From Clostridia bacterium (GTDB lineage Bacteria; Bacillota; Clostridia; Oscillospirales; CAG-272), in assembly GCA_900767415.1 (NCBI GenBank), contig CAAFYZ010000052.1, positions 59,660-123,659 of the forward strand: a stretch of DNA of 64,000 bases. The letters run 5' to 3'. The position numbers and the translations under genes were made by a program. Position 1 is the stretch's first letter, and every line of letters begins with the position of its first letter. The notes beneath the pieces are model-generated. The model saw only the letters and a list, made by a program, of their open reading frames with translations. It was not told the DNA's origin and made no database searches. This document shows, piece after piece, positions 8,651 through 16,185 of the stretch.

Positions 8651-9145
8651 TCAAAGAATCAAATCCAATGCCGCTTTTGCAATGGTGCCATCGGGTAACA
8701 GCAAGGTAAAGGTCTTATTCCCGAATTGCAGTTCCATTCCGTTGGTATAGGGAGTGACCGCCGTCAGCTTGCTGATCTTTTGGTCAAAGCCGAATTTCCT
8801 TGCCACAAAGACAATTCGCCGACCGGTGAAATACAGTATGCCCTTCGTGTATTCCGGTTCCACCACTGGTACACTCTTGGTTTTTCCCATATGATAGGTA
8901 AAGCCCTTGAATACCCGATAACTTGCTCCGCGGTGTCGGCTTTCGTAATGCTTTTTCTCGGTAATGATGGCAGCGATATCGACGAAATGGCAGGTTTCAC
9001 CGCCATTCAAAATCAATTTATCCGTCTGTAAATTCGGAAGCATCCCGGCATAAATTTTTTGCGCCGCCTGCGGTGGCAAAATGGAAAGCAATACCGGCGG
9101 CTGAATCGGCGGGTCTATGCCGAAAAGATATGAAAAAAGTCCCAT
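8651..9145 (-). CDS. Hypothetical protein, possible bacterial PH/GRAM-like fold
   Basis: 164-aa ORF with strong RBS GGAGG 6 nt upstream. The GILYFTGRRIVFVA pattern resembles bPH/GRAM strands. It is the first gene downstream of the inverted-repeat switch. Confidence 0.5.
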   Translation of the reverse strand: MGLFSYLFGIDPPIQPPVLLSILPPQAAQKIYAGMLPNLQTDKLILNGGETCHFVDIAAIITEKKHYESRHRGASYRVFKGFTYHMGKTKSVPVVEPEYTKGILYFTGRRIVFVARKFGFDQKISKLTAVTPYTNGMELQFGNKTFTLLLPDGTIAKAALDLIL

Positions 9146-9260
9146 GTCGTCCTCCTGCTCTGTTTGTTTGCGTACCGTCTGGCGGCAACGAACACCGGCA
9201 AGATTCCATCCACATGGGACGATTACAGCTTTGCATAGGTGAAAAATGGGAAGGCTGTTT

Positions 9261-9282
9261 TTTTCACCTATTACTATAATAG
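9261..9282. repeat. Left arm of the 22-bp perfect inverted repeat (TTTTCACCTATTACTATAATAG)
   Basis: Exact reverse complement of 9416..9437. An additional copy of the ATAGGTGAAAA core at 9235..9245 forms a local hairpin with this arm. Confidence 0.9.
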
Positions 9283-9367
9283 ATGAAAAAATTGCGGCAA
9301 TTTCTCGTGCATTTCACGCATTTTTGAAAAAAGCCGCCTCTTTTGACAGTATAATGTTGGAATAATA

Positions 9368-9396
9368 TTGACTTTTCACTGTCATTTTGATATAAT
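9368..9396 (+). promoter_or_regulatory. Consensus sigma-A-type promoter inside the repeat-bracketed segment
   Basis: TTGACT (9368..9373), 17-nt spacer, TATAAT (9391..9396). In this assembly it points toward the 3' end of the recombinase gene (antisense) and away from the cargo genes. Confidence 0.6.
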
Positions 9397-9415
9397 TATA
9401 GAAGAAGTTGTGTAC

Positions 9416-9437
9416 CTATTATAGTAATAGGTGAAAA
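9416..9437. repeat. Right arm of the 22-bp perfect inverted repeat (CTATTATAGTAATAGGTGAAAA)
   Basis: Exact reverse complement of 9261..9282. It ends 2 nt before the recombinase stop codon (9440..9442). Confidence 0.9.
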
Positions 9438-9439
9438 TA

Positions 9440-10363
9440 TCAAAGCAGTTTCCCGAGGCGGTTCATCATCTCGTGTTTATGCGGCATCAAGCTGTGAACA
9501 TAGCGATTCAGCGTGACGGTCGGGTTCTTGTGACCGAGGATTTCCGACAGCGTTTTGACATCCATTCCGCACTCCAACGCGCGGGTGGCAAAGGTATGCC
9601 GCAGGGCGTGAAACCCGCGATGCGGAATGCCGACCCGACGGAGTAGCAAGCTAAAACTGTATTGATAAGAGCGCACCGTTTGCACCTTGTCCTCTCCGAC
9701 AACAAAGGCGGAGGAGGACTTTTTCTTTTGCTCCCGCAGAAGCGGCAACAGTTGCTTCGGAATCGGAACGATACGGCGGGAGGTCGGCGTTTTCGGCGCT
9801 TCTATAAGGCGGCAGTATCTGCCGTCTTTGTTGCTGTCGTGACAACTTTTATTTACGGAAATCTCGCCTTTTGCAAAATCGATGTCAGACCACTCAAGCG
9901 CGAGCAGTTCTCCGATGCGCAACCCCGTGTATAAACAAAGCACGATTCCGAACATCTTCGGGCGCCTGTCGGCAAGTACCGCCGCTACGATCTTTTTCTG
10001 TTCCTCTACCGTAAAACACTCGATTTGCTTTTCCGCCGCCTTCGGGCGCTTTACCTGATCGGCAGTATATTTCGGAAGATAGCCGAGATGATACGCCACC
10101 TGCAAAGCGACTTGTATCACCGTGACAATCGCATTCACCGTATTGGCAGACAGCCCGCCGCCGGTCCGAAGATTGCCATGCGCGGAAAGTTCCGTTACCA
10201 TTTGTTGCAGCGTCAGCGGCGTGACCTCCGACATCTCCGATTCTCCGATACGCGGTATCAAATGCTGTATCACGACCTCGGAATAACGAGTATAAGTTTT
10301 CTCTTTTGCCGTCGGTTTCACATAATTTTCAAGCCATACCGGTAACCATTCCTTGATTTTCAT
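9440..10363 (-). CDS. Tyrosine site-specific recombinase (integrase/invertase family)
   Basis: 307 aa. The C-terminal catalytic region is HALRHTFATRALECGMDVKTLSEILGHKNPTVTLNRYVH (R..HxxR..Y pattern), and the N-terminus is a SAM-like domain. Confidence 0.9.
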   Translation of the reverse strand: MKIKEWLPVWLENYVKPTAKEKTYTRYSEVVIQHLIPRIGESEMSEVTPLTLQQMVTELSAHGNLRTGGGLSANTVNAIVTVIQVALQVAYHLGYLPKYTADQVKRPKAAEKQIECFTVEEQKKIVAAVLADRRPKMFGIVLCLYTGLRIGELLALEWSDIDFAKGEISVNKSCHDSNKDGRYCRLIEAPKTPTSRRIVPIPKQLLPLLREQKKKSSSAFVVGEDKVQTVRSYQYSFSLLLRRVGIPHRGFHALRHTFATRALECGMDVKTLSEILGHKNPTVTLNRYVHSLMPHKHEMMNRLGKLL

Positions 10364-10387
10364 TTTTCAAAAATCCCCCTCTCTAAA

Positions 10388-10428
10388 AAAGAGCAGGATG
10401 CCTGTTACACAGCATCCTGCTCTTCTGT
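10388..10428 (-). terminator. Hairpin with T-tract on the minus strand
   Basis: AGAGCAGGATGC ... GCATCCTGCTCT, a 12-bp stem. On the minus strand it is followed by TTTTTT. It lies between the GH20 gene and the recombinase start. Confidence 0.6.
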
Positions 10429-10514
10429 TATGGTTTCATTGACATTTTTTCGAAATTTAGGATTTTTGTCCATTGGAATGATACCGCCCTTTCGGGCGGG
10501 TGCGGGGGAAAATA

Positions 10515-12905
10515 TCAGGATTTTTCGCGGGATACGACGCCGTCGATCCCGCGGATGTCGATCTCCGACACCTCTGCCGCATCCGTGTAATCCACGCGCA
10601 AAACGGGTTTTTCGGGGTGCGGGTTCTCCCATTCGTAAGAATAATAGGTCCGTATCGACCCGTCGGGGGATTTTTCCGTGCGGGCATCGGTAAAATAGGT
10701 GAAGAAATATCCCACGTGGCGGTAGTAGAAGTAGGGCGTGGGAGTCCCCTGCCTCGTGCCGCGGTATCCGATGCTGTACCCGTAGTCGGCGTCTATCATC
10801 TCTGTCGTGCCGTCCGCATAGGTCACCGTGTAACTGCCCGTCTTCAGACCCGCCGAGGGGCTGTCTGCATACGCGGGTTTCATGAACTCGCGCGTCGCGG
10901 CGTGGGTGAAAATCAGACTGTCAAACCGCCCGTCGCCGTCGCGGGGCGGCGTCATGCCGCACGTCCGATCTCCCGTAAACGGCAAGAGCCGTGCCCCACT
11001 CTTATGCGAGGGTGCCGTCCTGCCGCGCAGGCGGTCGCGGAGGGAGGGCATCATCGCCGAGAGGATGGCGTCATACGCATAGCGGAGCCGCTCGTCATAG
11101 TCCGCGCTCCACAGCATCTCCGCGGTATAAAGCATATCGTAAATCTTGCCGTTCGTGCCGAGCCGCTTCTCCTCGGTACCGCACCACATCGAAATCTGCG
11201 CACCGAGGACGCCGTCCTTGCTCACGCGGCGGCGAAAGCGCGGATAATGGCTCGAATACATATTCCCGAAGACCACGCGAAAGCCCTTTTCGAGCAGATT
11301 GTCCTCGATGTCCTGATCCACGTGGAAATACCAGATAAAATCGAGAATGACGATATCTTTCGGTATCCTGTCGATTGCGGCGGGCGTCCGGTATGTCGTC
11401 ACGGGCTGGAGCATATCGCCCCATATCATCATGCCGAGACCGCGCTCTTTCAGATAGTCGTGATAGCGGATCACGTCCTGCGCGTAAAGTGCGGCGGGGT
11501 CCTTCCCCCGACACCGCTTGCAGACGCCGATCTCGTAGACCTCGTCGTGTCCCATGTGCACGTATTTTTTCGGACGGATGACCTCTATGATCTCGTCCAG
11601 AAGATCGAAGACGATCCGATACGGCTCTTCGAGCGAGGGGCAGTAGCAATGCGGATAGAATTTTGCCGGGGGGATGTCCGCGGCGTTCTCGTCCGTCTTC
11701 GTCTGCGACTCTTCGCCGTCGGGGATCTCGGCAAGCTCCGGGTGAGCGACGGTGATCGTCTGGACGTGCCCGAGCGACTGCACCTCGGGAATGATGTCGA
11801 TGCCGAACGAACGGATATATGCCGCAAAATCGCGGACGGTCTCCTTGTCGACCGCCTCCCGTCCTCCGACGTCGGCGTGCGGGAAGGTCGGCCACAGCCC
11901 CTCCGCCGCCATCTTCTTCGCATGGTCCGTCGCCTCGTTGATCTCGGGGTGGCTGTCGAACTTCATGCCCGCGCCGATCTCCAGAATGACGGTATTGTAC
12001 CCCATCGGGGAGATGACGTATTTGATCAGCCGCTTCGCAAAGTCATATTGCCCGTACCCCGGCAGATAGAGATGCACCCCGCGGAAGGGCATACACGGGC
12101 GGTCGGCGATCTCGCACGCCGGCACCGTTTTGTCCCGCAGAAGTTTTACGACCGTCTCGGCACCCGAGACGAAGCCGCGCTCGTCCGCCGCCGAGATGAA
12201 AATGCCGTCCGTGCCGATCTTCAGGCGATAGCCGTTCTCCCCCACCGAAGGGTCGGGCGCAAAGACAATCCTGCCCTCCCCGCGCGAAAGTTCCGTCCCG
12301 CAGACCTCTTTTACCTTTTCGGTCAGGACGGCGGCAGCGCACGCCGCGGCGGCGGGGACGGAAGAGATGCCGCCGAAAGAGGCGATCTCATACCGCCCGT
12401 CGGAAAAGCGGCTCTCCGCAGGCGTCGGATACACGACGTTTTCATCCGTCACCGCACCGTAAATGCCGATGCCGGCCAGTTCGATGTGCGCGAAGGGGGA
12501 GGCGATCTCGAGCGTAAAGTCGCGCACTCTCTCTGCGACGGTCAGCCGCGCCTCCCCGCGTCGGATCGTGTGGTTCGTCTCCGCGTGATATTCGGCAAGG
12601 ACACCTTCTCCGTCGGCACGCAAAACGCGGAGCGAACGGATCCCGTCGCACGCAACGCGCACCGAGACCGTGTCGACGAAGCACTCTTCGGAGAGCGAAA
12701 CGCAAAGGCGGAGCGGCTCGTCGAAATACTCCGCCATATCCACGAAAAAGCGCGTGTCGGCGAAGGGGTTCGCCTCGGGCGGGAGCGTGATCTCACGCTG
12801 TGGGTATTTGCCCCGCAGTTTGTATTTTACCAAAACAGGCGAACGTTCGCCGTCGAGTCTACCGATAAACATATCCGTCTCCTTTGTAATGGAATAAAAT
12901 TGCAA
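10515..12905 (-). CDS. Glycoside hydrolase family 20-like beta-N-acetylhexosaminidase
   Basis: 796 aa. Motifs FRGVHLYLPG, IIPEVQSLGHV and YVHMGHDEVYEIG (the H-x-G-x-D-E catalytic motif of GH20). Confidence 0.7.
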   Translation of the reverse strand: MQFYSITKETDMFIGRLDGERSPVLVKYKLRGKYPQREITLPPEANPFADTRFFVDMAEYFDEPLRLCVSLSEECFVDTVSVRVACDGIRSLRVLRADGEGVLAEYHAETNHTIRRGEARLTVAERVRDFTLEIASPFAHIELAGIGIYGAVTDENVVYPTPAESRFSDGRYEIASFGGISSVPAAAACAAAVLTEKVKEVCGTELSRGEGRIVFAPDPSVGENGYRLKIGTDGIFISAADERGFVSGAETVVKLLRDKTVPACEIADRPCMPFRGVHLYLPGYGQYDFAKRLIKYVISPMGYNTVILEIGAGMKFDSHPEINEATDHAKKMAAEGLWPTFPHADVGGREAVDKETVRDFAAYIRSFGIDIIPEVQSLGHVQTITVAHPELAEIPDGEESQTKTDENAADIPPAKFYPHCYCPSLEEPYRIVFDLLDEIIEVIRPKKYVHMGHDEVYEIGVCKRCRGKDPAALYAQDVIRYHDYLKERGLGMMIWGDMLQPVTTYRTPAAIDRIPKDIVILDFIWYFHVDQDIEDNLLEKGFRVVFGNMYSSHYPRFRRRVSKDGVLGAQISMWCGTEEKRLGTNGKIYDMLYTAEMLWSADYDERLRYAYDAILSAMMPSLRDRLRGRTAPSHKSGARLLPFTGDRTCGMTPPRDGDGRFDSLIFTHAATREFMKPAYADSPSAGLKTGSYTVTYADGTTEMIDADYGYSIGYRGTRQGTPTPYFYYRHVGYFFTYFTDARTEKSPDGSIRTYYSYEWENPHPEKPVLRVDYTDAAEVSEIDIRGIDGVVSREKS

Positions 12906-13127
12906 TTGAATAAACGAGAGCCATCGGCGGTACCGTCATGAGTATACATGATTTTCGCAAAAAAAGCAATCCGCCGCCGCGCAAACCGCAAGGATCGCAA
13001 CGGCAGGGTGGAAAAAGCGCAACTTTTGCAATCCCGCAGCGTGGTTTTTCGTGTTTTTCCCGTTTCTGAAAAAAAGAACCGGGCGGCGGCTGTCGTTCGG
13101 TTCTTTTTTCGGACGCCGCGCGGGGCG

Positions 13128-13898
13128 TCAGTCTTCTTTGATCAGATCCTTTACCACCTCGCCGGCGAGCATCAGCCCGACGACGGGGGGGACGAAGGAA
13201 ATGCTGCCGGGCGGGACGCGCCCTTTGGTCGGGGCGGGTGCCCCCTGCGGCTTTTTCGGTATCTCTTCGGAATAGACCACTTTCAGCCGGCGGATGCCCC
13301 GCTTGCGAAGTTCGAGCCGCATCACGCGGGCGAGGGGGCAGACCGCCGTCGCCGAAATGTCCGCGACGCGGAAGGCGGCGGGATCGAGTTTATTCCCCGC
13401 GCCCATCGCCGAGATGATCGGCGTCCCGCACTTTTTCGCTTCTTCGACGAGAGAGAGTTTTGCCGCGACGGTATCGACGGCGTCGACGATGTAATCGTAA
13501 GAGGAAAAATCAAACGACCCCGCCGTCTCGGGAAGATAAAACACGGCGTGCGTGCGGACGGTGCAGTCGGGGCGGATCGAGAGGATCCGCGCCTTCGCCG
13601 CCTCGACCTTCGGCATACCGAGCGTGTCGCGCGTGGCGACGATCTGTCGGTTGAGATTGGAGAGTGCGACGGTGTCGGCGTCGATAAGGTCCAGTGCGCC
13701 GACCCCCGCGCGGGCGAGTGCCTCGACCGCGTATCCGCCGACGCCGCCGACGCCGAAGACGGCGACGCGTGCGCGGGCGAGTTTTTCCACCGCGGCGTCT
13801 CCGATCAGCATACGGGTGCGGATCAGGGGATCTTCTTCGGGAGACGCAGGGGCGGCTTTCTTATCTTTTTCGTCCATTTTGTCAATCATTCTTTGCAA
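13128..13898 (-). CDS. tcdA: tRNA threonylcarbamoyladenosine dehydratase (ThiF/HesA family)
   Basis: 256 aa. VAVFGVGGVGGYAVEALARAGVGALDLIDADTVALSNLNRQ is typical of TcdA/CsdL. Confidence 0.8.
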   Translation of the reverse strand: MQRMIDKMDEKDKKAAPASPEEDPLIRTRMLIGDAAVEKLARARVAVFGVGGVGGYAVEALARAGVGALDLIDADTVALSNLNRQIVATRDTLGMPKVEAAKARILSIRPDCTVRTHAVFYLPETAGSFDFSSYDYIVDAVDTVAAKLSLVEEAKKCGTPIISAMGAGNKLDPAAFRVADISATAVCPLARVMRLELRKRGIRRLKVVYSEEIPKKPQGAPAPTKGRVPPGSISFVPPVVGLMLAGEVVKDLIKED

Positions 13899-13904
13899 TA
13901 CGTG

Positions 13905-14696
13905 TTATTTTGCCTGTTTTTCTTCGGCTTTATTCTTTGCTTTTTCTTCCCTCTTCGCACGACGCCATGTGCCGAGGCGTTCCCGCAGGAGGTTTAACTG
14001 CTCGTTATGTTTCCCCGACGACATCGTGGGGAACGCATCCAGGATACGGCGGGCGGCACGCTGGGCTTTTGCCGACAGCTTCGTATACTGCTCTTCGAGC
14101 GCGACGGTGCCGCGATACACCTTGTCCCCGAGCGTGTTGCTCCCGCGGTGAAGCTCTTCCGCTATCTTATCCAGCGCACCAAGGCGACGGTTCAGACCGA
14201 TGACCGAGGCGACCGAGACGGAAAAGTCGATAAGAAGCACCGTGAAAAAGACGATCTCAATGAGGAGCGCGATGTGATCTCCGATCAGGGCATACAGCCC
14301 GTCGAAGAGAGGAAACAGCAGTTTTACCACGCCCGTGCAAAGAAGTCCCCAGATCAGGGAAAAGCGCAGGCAGATATAGCCGCCGATGTTGAACTTCTTC
14401 CCCGAATAGTCCCACCACTTGGTATGAAAGAGCTTGTCCATCAGAAATCCCGTCACAAGCTCGAGCGTGCTGGTCACGAGCACCGAGGCGAGAAAAAGCA
14501 GAATCCACTTGTCCCGCAGGACGCCGAGCGTCGCATAAATCGCCGCGACGCCCGCGCCGTAGATCGGGCAGACGGGACCGTTACAGAAGCCGCGGTTGAC
14601 GAACCTGCCGCTCTTCACCGCCGCGAACGCCACCTCGAGAATCCACCCGAGAAAGGCAAAAATCATGAAATAAAACAGAATGAGCGTAATCTTCAT
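13905..14696 (-). CDS. Membrane protein of the 'putative ABC-transporter type IV' (DUF1113-like) family
   Basis: The N-terminus FAFLGWILEVAFAAVKSGRFVNRGFCNGPVCPIYG matches the remembered family signature. It has multiple TM segments and a charged coiled-coil tail. Confidence 0.6.
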   Translation of the reverse strand: MKITLILFYFMIFAFLGWILEVAFAAVKSGRFVNRGFCNGPVCPIYGAGVAAIYATLGVLRDKWILLFLASVLVTSTLELVTGFLMDKLFHTKWWDYSGKKFNIGGYICLRFSLIWGLLCTGVVKLLFPLFDGLYALIGDHIALLIEIVFFTVLLIDFSVSVASVIGLNRRLGALDKIAEELHRGSNTLGDKVYRGTVALEEQYTKLSAKAQRAARRILDAFPTMSSGKHNEQLNLLRERLGTWRRAKREEKAKNKAEEKQAK

Positions 14697-14732
14697 GCGC
14701 CCCGTCTCTCCCTTCCGAACGTCCGACGGACG

Positions 14733-15422
14733 TCAGAGTTCCACCGCCCGGTACGGGAGGAAGATCATCGCATCGTCAAAGTCGAAGGTGCGGGGGTCGA
14801 TCTCGTCGAACAGACCGTAATGGACGGGGATCGCGTGCTTTGCCCCGATCTCGTACGCAAAGTCGGCGGCGTCGCGCGCGTTCATGTTGTTGCCGACCCC
14901 GTTGATCGGAAGGAACGCATAGTCCACGCCGTCCTCCACGAGTTCCAGCACTTCGTCGATGACGTCGTAATTATAGAGGGTGTCGCCGCCGATATAATAG
15001 GTCGCGTTCCCGTCGTCGATGATAAAGCCGACGGCACTCGGGTCGCTGTGCGCCGCCTTCACCGAATAGAAGGTGAGATTCTTCTCGCTCCAGACGGTGT
15101 GCGGGTTCATGAGGACGTAGTTGTGCCCGTGCCCGTATTTCACCAGTTCCCGCCATGCGTTCTCGGGGGCGAGGACCGTGATCTGACGGTCGGTATCGAG
15201 AAAATGCGCGAGCGTCTGCGGGTCGAGATGGTCGAGATGGTCGTGCGTGATGAGAAGGAAGTCGGGCTTCTTCTCAAAGAAGGATTCGTCGACGGGGACC
15301 CTGCGGTGCTTTGCGGGGTCGAGCGTCTCCCCTACCGAATCCGAGAGGTAGGGGTCGACGAGGACGGTAACCTTCCCGTTTTCAAACAGCAGACCTGCCT
15401 GTGTGAGCCATGTAACTTTCAT
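14733..15422 (-). CDS. MBL-fold metallo-hydrolase
   Basis: The ATG at 15422 gives MKVTWLTQAGLLFE... with the LITHDHLDHLD metal-binding motif. The upstream part of the ORF (to 15635) is Arg-rich and unlikely to be coding. Confidence 0.75.
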   Translation of the reverse strand: MKVTWLTQAGLLFENGKVTVLVDPYLSDSVGETLDPAKHRRVPVDESFFEKKPDFLLITHDHLDHLDPQTLAHFLDTDRQITVLAPENAWRELVKYGHGHNYVLMNPHTVWSEKNLTFYSVKAAHSDPSAVGFIIDDGNATYYIGGDTLYNYDVIDEVLELVEDGVDYAFLPINGVGNNMNARDAADFAYEIGAKHAIPVHYGLFDEIDPRTFDFDDAMIFLPYRAVEL

Positions 15423-15460
15423 ACCTTTTTCTCCTTTTCCGAGTCGCATATCGGATAAAA

Positions 15461-15964
15461 TCAAATAAAATGCAAAACGATAAGACCGACCGCCCCCGAA
15501 AGCACGCCGGCAAGATACCCGCACACGACGTCGCGCGGGAAGTGCAGACCGAGGAGCACGCGGTCGACGGCGAGCAGGGCGGCAAGCCCGAGCGAAATCC
15601 CGCCGAAGGTCGGGGAAAACGCGAGCATCACGCACCCGAGGAACGCGGCGGAAAAAACGTGGCGGCTCGGGAAGGCACCGTGGCGGATCTTCTTCTCCTT
15701 CCCCGAGGGGTGCCCGAGTCCGAACACCTCATACGGTCTCTGCGCGTGCAGAAGATGACGGATGCCCGTGACGACGGCAAACGGAAGTGCGAGAATCCCC
15801 GCGACTTTCAGCGCGAGCCACCCGTCTTTTTGCCACGCCGTGGCAATCATGTAAAGAAATGCGTACAAAGAGACGCAAACGGAGAAAAGATCGAAGACGC
15901 GCAGCCCTTCGGTCAGCGTCTCGTCCTCTCTGACCTTTCGCAAGGTCGCCTCCAGTTTTTCCAT
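15461..15964 (-). CDS. PAP2-family phosphatase membrane protein
   Basis: 167 aa with TM helices. PAP2 motifs are PSRHVFSAA and HFPRDVVCG. Confidence 0.7.
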   Translation of the reverse strand: MEKLEATLRKVREDETLTEGLRVFDLFSVCVSLYAFLYMIATAWQKDGWLALKVAGILALPFAVVTGIRHLLHAQRPYEVFGLGHPSGKEKKIRHGAFPSRHVFSAAFLGCVMLAFSPTFGGISLGLAALLAVDRVLLGLHFPRDVVCGYLAGVLSGAVGLIVLHFI

Positions 15965-16104
15965 CCGATGTCCCCTCCCCGCCGAAAGCGATGCGGTGCG
16001 GCGGCGTTTTTTCTTTTATTATACACGAAACCGAGAGATTTTGCAAGAGGTTTTGCGGGAATGGCGACTTTTCCGAAGAAAATCGGCGAAGAGGGGAAAA
16101 TCTC

Positions 16105-16134
16105 TTGACTTTTCCCGCCCGAATGTGCTAAAAT
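16105..16134 (+). promoter_or_regulatory. alaS promoter
   Basis: TTGACT (16105..16110), 18-nt spacer ending in TGc, TAAAAT (16129..16134), i.e. an extended -10. Confidence 0.55.
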
Positions 16135-16185
16135 ACAGTATTAGTAAATATTTTATGCAACATACCCTTCCGGAGGCCACAATTT

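Larger units (their letters stand above)
1..10450. mobile_element. Lower-G+C accessory (genomic) island with a tyrosine recombinase at its right end; the left end lies outside the window
   Basis: Base composition is visibly AT-richer than everything right of ~10.45 kb. All ten genes are on the minus strand. The recombinase gene is at 9440..10363. Two hairpins at 10390..10428 and 10483..10500 separate it from the G+C-rich GH20 gene. Confidence 0.7.

Noticed and set aside
10500-12941. Very long ORFs antisense to, or out of frame with, recognisable genes. Examples: 10500..12941(+), 14007..15458(+), 16198..18822(-), 23945..25444(-), 28766..32011(+), 32137..33363(-), 38165..39553(-), 46547..48082(-), 51111..52637(-), 53188..55902(-), 57675..59138(-).
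   Set aside because: Each overlaps a gene with clear family motifs on the other strand or frame. Their translations are Arg/Gly/Asp/Val-rich low-information sequence, typical of stop-codon-poor shadow frames in G+C-rich DNA.
15965-16185. T-box leader upstream of alaS.
   Set aside because: The promoter-to-ATG distance is only ~50 nt, and no specifier hairpin or T-box sequence (GGTGGTACCGCG-like) is present.
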